From Laetmonice hystrix (lineage: Eukaryota): a DNA stretch of 60,000 bases. The translations under genes were made by a program, and so were the position numbers. Below, one piece after another: positions 54,269-60,000 of this stretch (its first letter is position 1; every line of letters starts with the position of its first letter). Location of the stretch: contig OZ249436.1 of assembly GCA_965235115.1 (NCBI GenBank), forward strand, positions 27,530,001 to 27,590,000, written 5' to 3'. The notes beneath the pieces were generated by a model that saw only the letters and a program-made list of their open reading frames with translations, was not told the origin of the DNA and did no database searches.

Positions 54269-57200
54269 GTTTTAACCAAGGAAAGTTGAGCTCAGCGATT
54301 AAATATTTTAAATGTTCAAGCAGCTTACCTTACCATTAAAACCTTTAGCAACTTAGAAGGTACAGGCGTTAAGCCATCATTAGCTACGTGTATGGATGAT
54401 GGTATGGTGATAGGAGAAAAAGAGGGTGTAGATTTGAAGGCATTACAGTTAGAATGCCAGTGCCCTAGGTGAATGAGTAGTGGTTTTTCTTATAACAAAG
54501 AAAGACAATAGTCTGCCGCTTTAAGTGTGGGTAATGATGACATTTGACTGATGATAATAATAACCTGCTTTTATGAAGGGTCGCCGAGATCACGGTGGAA
54601 GCATTGATTTGCATGCACTTGAGTTTGTAAATCCAGGCCGTGAATGGCATGCTTGACCTAGAGGCTTTGGCTCGGCTGGCAAGCACTCGTGTACAGATAC
54701 AAAGCCGAAGGTGGCCACATGGCTGATGGGTGGGCTGATACGGGGAGCAGGAGGTGGCCCTTGAGTTAGGCCAGGCCAGCGCCAACTATTCACCAAAAGG
54801 AACCGTATTTAAATCCCAACAGATAACGCACAGACAAAGGGGCTGAATAAAGACTGGGGAGTTAAAGTTCAACACCACCACGCAGTGGCAGGCAAACATC
54901 AGAAGAAGAGCCTGTCTGGTATAAAATGCTTGATGTTTATGAAGAGAAAGCACAACGTGAGGTTTTCAGGCAATTAGGGCCCTGAAATTATTCACCACAG
55001 GCCCTCTCCTCTTGCCGACCAATGTGCCACTCCATTACAGAGAATAATATAATATGTAAGGAAGTCGAGTGGTCCTAAGACAGTATTGATGGTTGGCAAT
55101 GGGCTGGTGGAGCGAGGATCGCGTTGGACGTGGCTGGTGTGGCTCTCGGCTCTCGCAGACAAAGAGGCAGCACTGATCGATATGGCTGTGTCCGGCTTCG
55201 AGCCAGCCGGCCTGCAGTCAGTCGGCAGTATCCGCCCTCCCCTCCCCACCCGCCAGCCGATAAGCAGGCTTCGTTATTGAGAATGCAGTCTCGGGGCCGG
55301 CGGGTAGTCATGCATGTGTTGGTTGAAGCAAACCAGCCACAGCCACGCCGGATCTGCTGAGTCCAACCTGTCTGCTTCTGATAAAAGTAATGGAATAAAA
55401 ATGGTATACATGTGTCAGTGCTTGCAAGGAACCCAGCAGCCTTTCTCTGTTGTGGCCATGATTGAGTGCAGGACTGCAGGCTTCGCCTTACATGACAACA
55501 ATTTGCCTGGGTGGCGGTGGGGATGGGGATATGGGGAGGGGGTGGCTGACTTGACCTTGACTGGACTTAAGTGGCTCATGGACTGATGTAATTGCACGTA
55601 ATTAATCATGTATTAAAATCTTGTGTTTGACGGGTGAGACAGCGACGCTGATTATCCGGGGAACAAAAACGATTCGCTTTCCAGTTTCCTGGCATACAAT
55701 CTGCACTCAGTGTGAGGAATCTGCCCCCCCCCCCCCACCACCACCACCACTCCCCCACCACCACCATCACCACCACTCCCCGCTTTAAAATGGGATACGT
55801 GCAAATTACAGTGATTCATTTCAACAGCCTCTTTATAAATACTTTCAGCATATTCATCAGATGGGTTTGTTCATGATGAGGAGAGAATCCAACCGTTCAG
55901 ATTAGACTGTATAAGTGTGGCTTGGCAGGGGAAAGAACTTGATTTGGGGTTGATTTGATCGGTGGAATCAATATCATCAAGGCACTGAGAGGAGACCACT
56001 GGAGAGTTCATGTCTTTAGAGGGCGCCCATTGGCTGGTTTAATTTTAAGGCAGCGCCCAACGTAAGCCTCACATAGTGGCATTGCTGTGGTTGAGTGCAG
56101 GCAACAACTGTCACCTACTATTATGGAAATAGCCGCTCGCTGGAGCGAAGATAAAAGCGAACGTGGCTGCCGCAATTTGGTTATTGTGTTGACTCTGAGG
56201 CAGCTGTGAAGGCGAGCCGAGAGGACTTGCCAAGCCATTGTGGGGACCAGTCTAGCGGGGGCTGTAGCAGCAAGCCAAATTCATTGCATTGTTGGTGCGA
56301 CCGGCTGGGCCCTCTCCAGCACACCCACGGTTGACACCAGGGTAATTTCAAGGGGGTAATATCTGTGATCAGGGTCAGAGTGAAGGAACTGGGGAGGGTA
56401 ATCACCCCACTGGAAGGTAATAGGGCCCTACTGTGTTTCAGCACTGGGCGGGCCAGAATGTGGCGAACTGGGCTGCAAACAGCAAGTGCAGAGCGCTGAA
56501 ACTCATTGAAATACGGACATGGCAGCCACCCACAAATCATGGGAAAGGGCTGCTCACAGGCTCCACTCAGAGAATAGTAGATGGGTTCAGCCTTGGTGCA
56601 AGTGGTCCAGGGCGGTGGTAGGAGGGATGGAATGAAGTACGCCATCACAGCATTATCTTTCTGCTCAATATAACTGGACTGTTACTTGATATCAGTTACT
56701 TTTCTCTCCATTTTAACCCATTTTGAATGATTAATTGGCTGGAGGGTTAACTATGTCTTAGTATTTTGTTGTTGTAATTAATGTATTTCTCAAAGATACA
56801 GTAAAAATGGAAAGCTCCAAGTAATTAAGTGTGTGAAAATGAGTGATAATTGCCGTTTAGATTCTGTAATATCAAAGGAGTTCATTTCTCATTTCTCCAT
56901 TCTCATATGATGGAGGAAAGGCTCACAGACGTCAAACCTTTACCAGTAAGAAGCATAGATCTTTTGGATAATTGACAGGTCTAATTAAAGTCAGTTTTAA
57001 AAAGTTTGGGCCAATTACACTTAAATCTGAGTGGTAACACCAAGAAAATCTATATTTAACTTTGACTCATGGACGGGAAGAAAATTGATCATGCATTTAA
57101 AAATAAAAAAAAATAAACAAACAAAAATCGGTACAAAAATATTTACTAAACGTGTGGCACTCAGACAAAAAAATATACGTATTGTATCGTCACCGAGCTA

Positions 57201-60000
57201 AATGCCACTGGTTTTGAAAGGCTTATTGGTATAGATCCTGATTTCTCAGATGTCAAGGATATGACATCATCAGAGCATGAGCACACTTGGATAGCTTTGT
57301 TTGCAACACTCATTCTCAAGGTGACAAAAACAAATGACATGCCAGCCACCATAATGATATTAAAATATACAAAGGACAACCATACTTGAGGTTATAATTA
57401 TACACATTCGCAGAATAGTTGATAACGTCCTTAGGGACCATGTAGTTATAATATATAGAAAGCATTGATCATTTCTTAGCAGTGGGAAAATCCCACCGTT
57501 GGTCATCAGTCGAACATAACCTTTGGAATAGTTATATACGATTTTATAAATACAGCGTAATTGTAAACATGTGCCATTTCTTAGGCCATGTGAAATTGTT
57601 TTAGAAAATGAACTTAGAGAATGGACATGAACTCCAAGCAGATATTTTCCAAGTGTGGTGATACTTTTGAATGCATGTACATGTACATATTTCATGACAA
57701 TGAATGCATGTCTGACAGTGAGGCCCACAGTGACTCAGTGCTTTGAACGTTAACCTTTCATGAGACCACAAGGGCCACAGGCATGCTGCTAATTGAAGTG
57801 TTTATTGATGTAACATATCAGTCTATACTCCATAATTGACAGCGGGAAATTGATTTTTTTAGAGTTGATGCTATAACCGCTCTAATTTGATAGCAGTAAT
57901 GTCAAACTGGGACAGTGTTTGATAAATAATACTACCTCCAGATTAACATACAAAGTCCACACCTGTTTAAGTTTTTTTCTTCCAACGTTTGATACCCTCT
58001 TCCGTCTGGTTTAGAGCATAAGTATGATGTTGGCTTTTTAATAATGCTGTCGCTTCAGCCCTTTTATGCTGGATAGCCTGAACTAACCGAACTATGCCCT
58101 TTTGGAGGGAGCTTATAAAGGCGAGAGACCGGCAAACTCGTCTGGGTTGGGCGTCTGTTGGCAAGCGGCCAGAACCGTACAATAATAGTTCTGCTCAGTG
58201 CAGTACTTGTGTGTCATTTGGTCACAGCATGGTGCCAACACCAAGTGTCACAAATTTACATAGCAAGACGGAGTCATAAGACAAGCTGCTGAATGAGGGA
58301 CCGTCATCCATTTCTACCATTTCTGTGGCGAGTGGGAAGTGCTGACAAGTAACGCCTTTTTTTTACCATGACGTGTTATGTTGAATATGGTTTAAATCGG
58401 ATTTGTTCACGCATGGTGTTATGATAATGAGAATGACCTGAAAACAGCATAGAAAAGAGAAGTCATCTTATTCACTTCAGTCAGTTCAGAGCGTGAACCC
58501 CTTTTTTCTCTCACTTTGATAGCCCCCTAATAACTAAATTATCCTGCTGATTATAGTCGAGTGCTATAAAATTATTGGGCGTATTATATAAGACAACCGA
58601 CTTTTTTTTATTCCTTGTTGCTAGTCCGTTGTTGCTCGTTGTAGAGTGTCTGGCGTGATGTAGGCCAACTTGTCACGAGTGGAGTGGTATACAAACCCAG
58701 TTGGGGCACCCATATCGCGGGACCAAGCACTCAAGCTGACACTACCTATAGTCGCCTGACCTCCTGCGCCGACCCGCCCTCTGTGAGGCTTTAGGACAGG
58801 AACTAGATGCTCTCGCATTCCAGTCGACTTGTATACAGACAATGACCCTGCATTGTGCACCGGAGACAAGTGTGAAACGGACTCCCGAGGGCCTACCATT
58901 TGTCTGACTGACTGACTGAAATAGGCGGGGCAGGGGGCGCCTGATTACAAGTAAACTGTGAGAATGGTGAAATGGCATAGGCTCAAACAGCTCTCAGCTT
59001 TCTCCGCCCCCCCCCCCCCACACACACACCACCACCACCACCACCACAGGCACGGCTAAAATATAACTACATCTTTTTGTACGTTTGGTTTATGACATAT
59101 GATATAGATGGTTATAATTGGTCGTCTGATGTTCCTTTAGCACTGCGTACTGGGTTCTTTATCGATTGCAAAAATAGTAAAGGTAGAATAACATGATAAA
59201 GTACAGGTTGTTGTCAGTTTATCTAAAGGTATTAAGTATATGAAACCAATATCAAGAACAATCCTTAGCTAAGCCAGCGGTTATAAGCTCAGGATATTCT
59301 AGATAAAAGACACCTAATGTAGTTCATGCTGGTGCAGGTTTTTGTGAGTGAGAAATTGCAGCGGTTCACAGGCCAATCCAATCTGTTTGTCAAACTGTGT
59401 TATTATCAGATGACCAGTAGTACTTTAGCATCGCACCTATTCTTGCCGTGGGACCTACATTGTTCGGGTAGTGGTCGGTGTACTTAGTTCTCCGGTCCTG
59501 CACACTGGGCTTGCAGCTTGTGTATAAAGTGTAGTCTACTGGGTGGGAAGGGAAGCTTCAAATTTCCGCCCCAGACACAGTGCACAACCTAATACTTCCC
59601 TGGTGTGACCCAGTCACTTGAGGTTCTAATACTTCTGCTTCAATTTCCAGCTGCCTTTGCCTGCCCGATCTAATGACAACCACAAAGTCAAGTTTTCGAC
59701 ATTTACTGGGAGGGACATACGGAGGACCTGGAGCCCATCAAAGACGAAGCCAGCTCCTGCTGTGAATTGGGGCCTAACAGAGCGTATATCTCGCACCGAT
59801 AGCGCGGTCAGTAGTTTATCTCTCGCTTCTGCACAGTTTTTCCCCTCTGACAAGTGACATTTTTATGTACACCCTCGAATGTCATCCAACAGAGTGATCT
59901 TTCGGGAACACAGTCTCGGTGAATTATTCAGGGGTGAGGTATATCATGTTATTGGGATGTAAATTCCCACATGTCAGCGTTGCTCTGTTCTTTTTTTCAT

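Noticed and set aside
55835..55866. Possible minimal hammerhead ribozyme on the minus strand (CTGATGA-N7-GAAA)
   Set aside because: Helix III and the NUH cleavage site cannot be formed from the adjacent sequence.
59626..59990. Protein-like minus-strand fragments (IIHRD, IYLTPE)
   Set aside because: Isolated short matches in different frames with stops; no collinear kinase or helicase motifs.

Overview
Eukaryotic, most likely invertebrate-animal, genomic DNA. It is repeat-rich and looks intergenic or intronic. I cannot confidently call any host protein-coding gene, rRNA, tRNA or CRISPR array. The long ORFs in the track come from minisatellites or GC-rich patches. Clearest elements: an internally deleted Academ (AcademX-type) DNA transposon at 2026-6153 (TAG...CTA ends, long TIRs, 3-bp TSD, XPG/FEN1-like nuclease and Cys-rich remnant); minisatellites with 24, 76, 30 and 38/43-bp units, the 76-bp one split by a 5'-truncated L1/Tx1-like insertion; a Kolobok-type MITE at 30651-30990; and a CACTA/EnSpm-type non-autonomous element at 32601-34068 that interrupts a very decayed DIRS/Ngaro-like retroelement. 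Several decayed LINE RT fragments are also present. The most unusual signals are transposon scars. Three tiny CAACGAG...CTCGTTG palindromes each sit between their own 7-bp duplication and look like P-superfamily excision footprints. A dense cluster of TAGGCCTA at about 42.5-46 kb behaves like TA-site footprints and includes one copy inserted inside a P-like footprint. All family assignments are from motif recognition by eye, not database searches.
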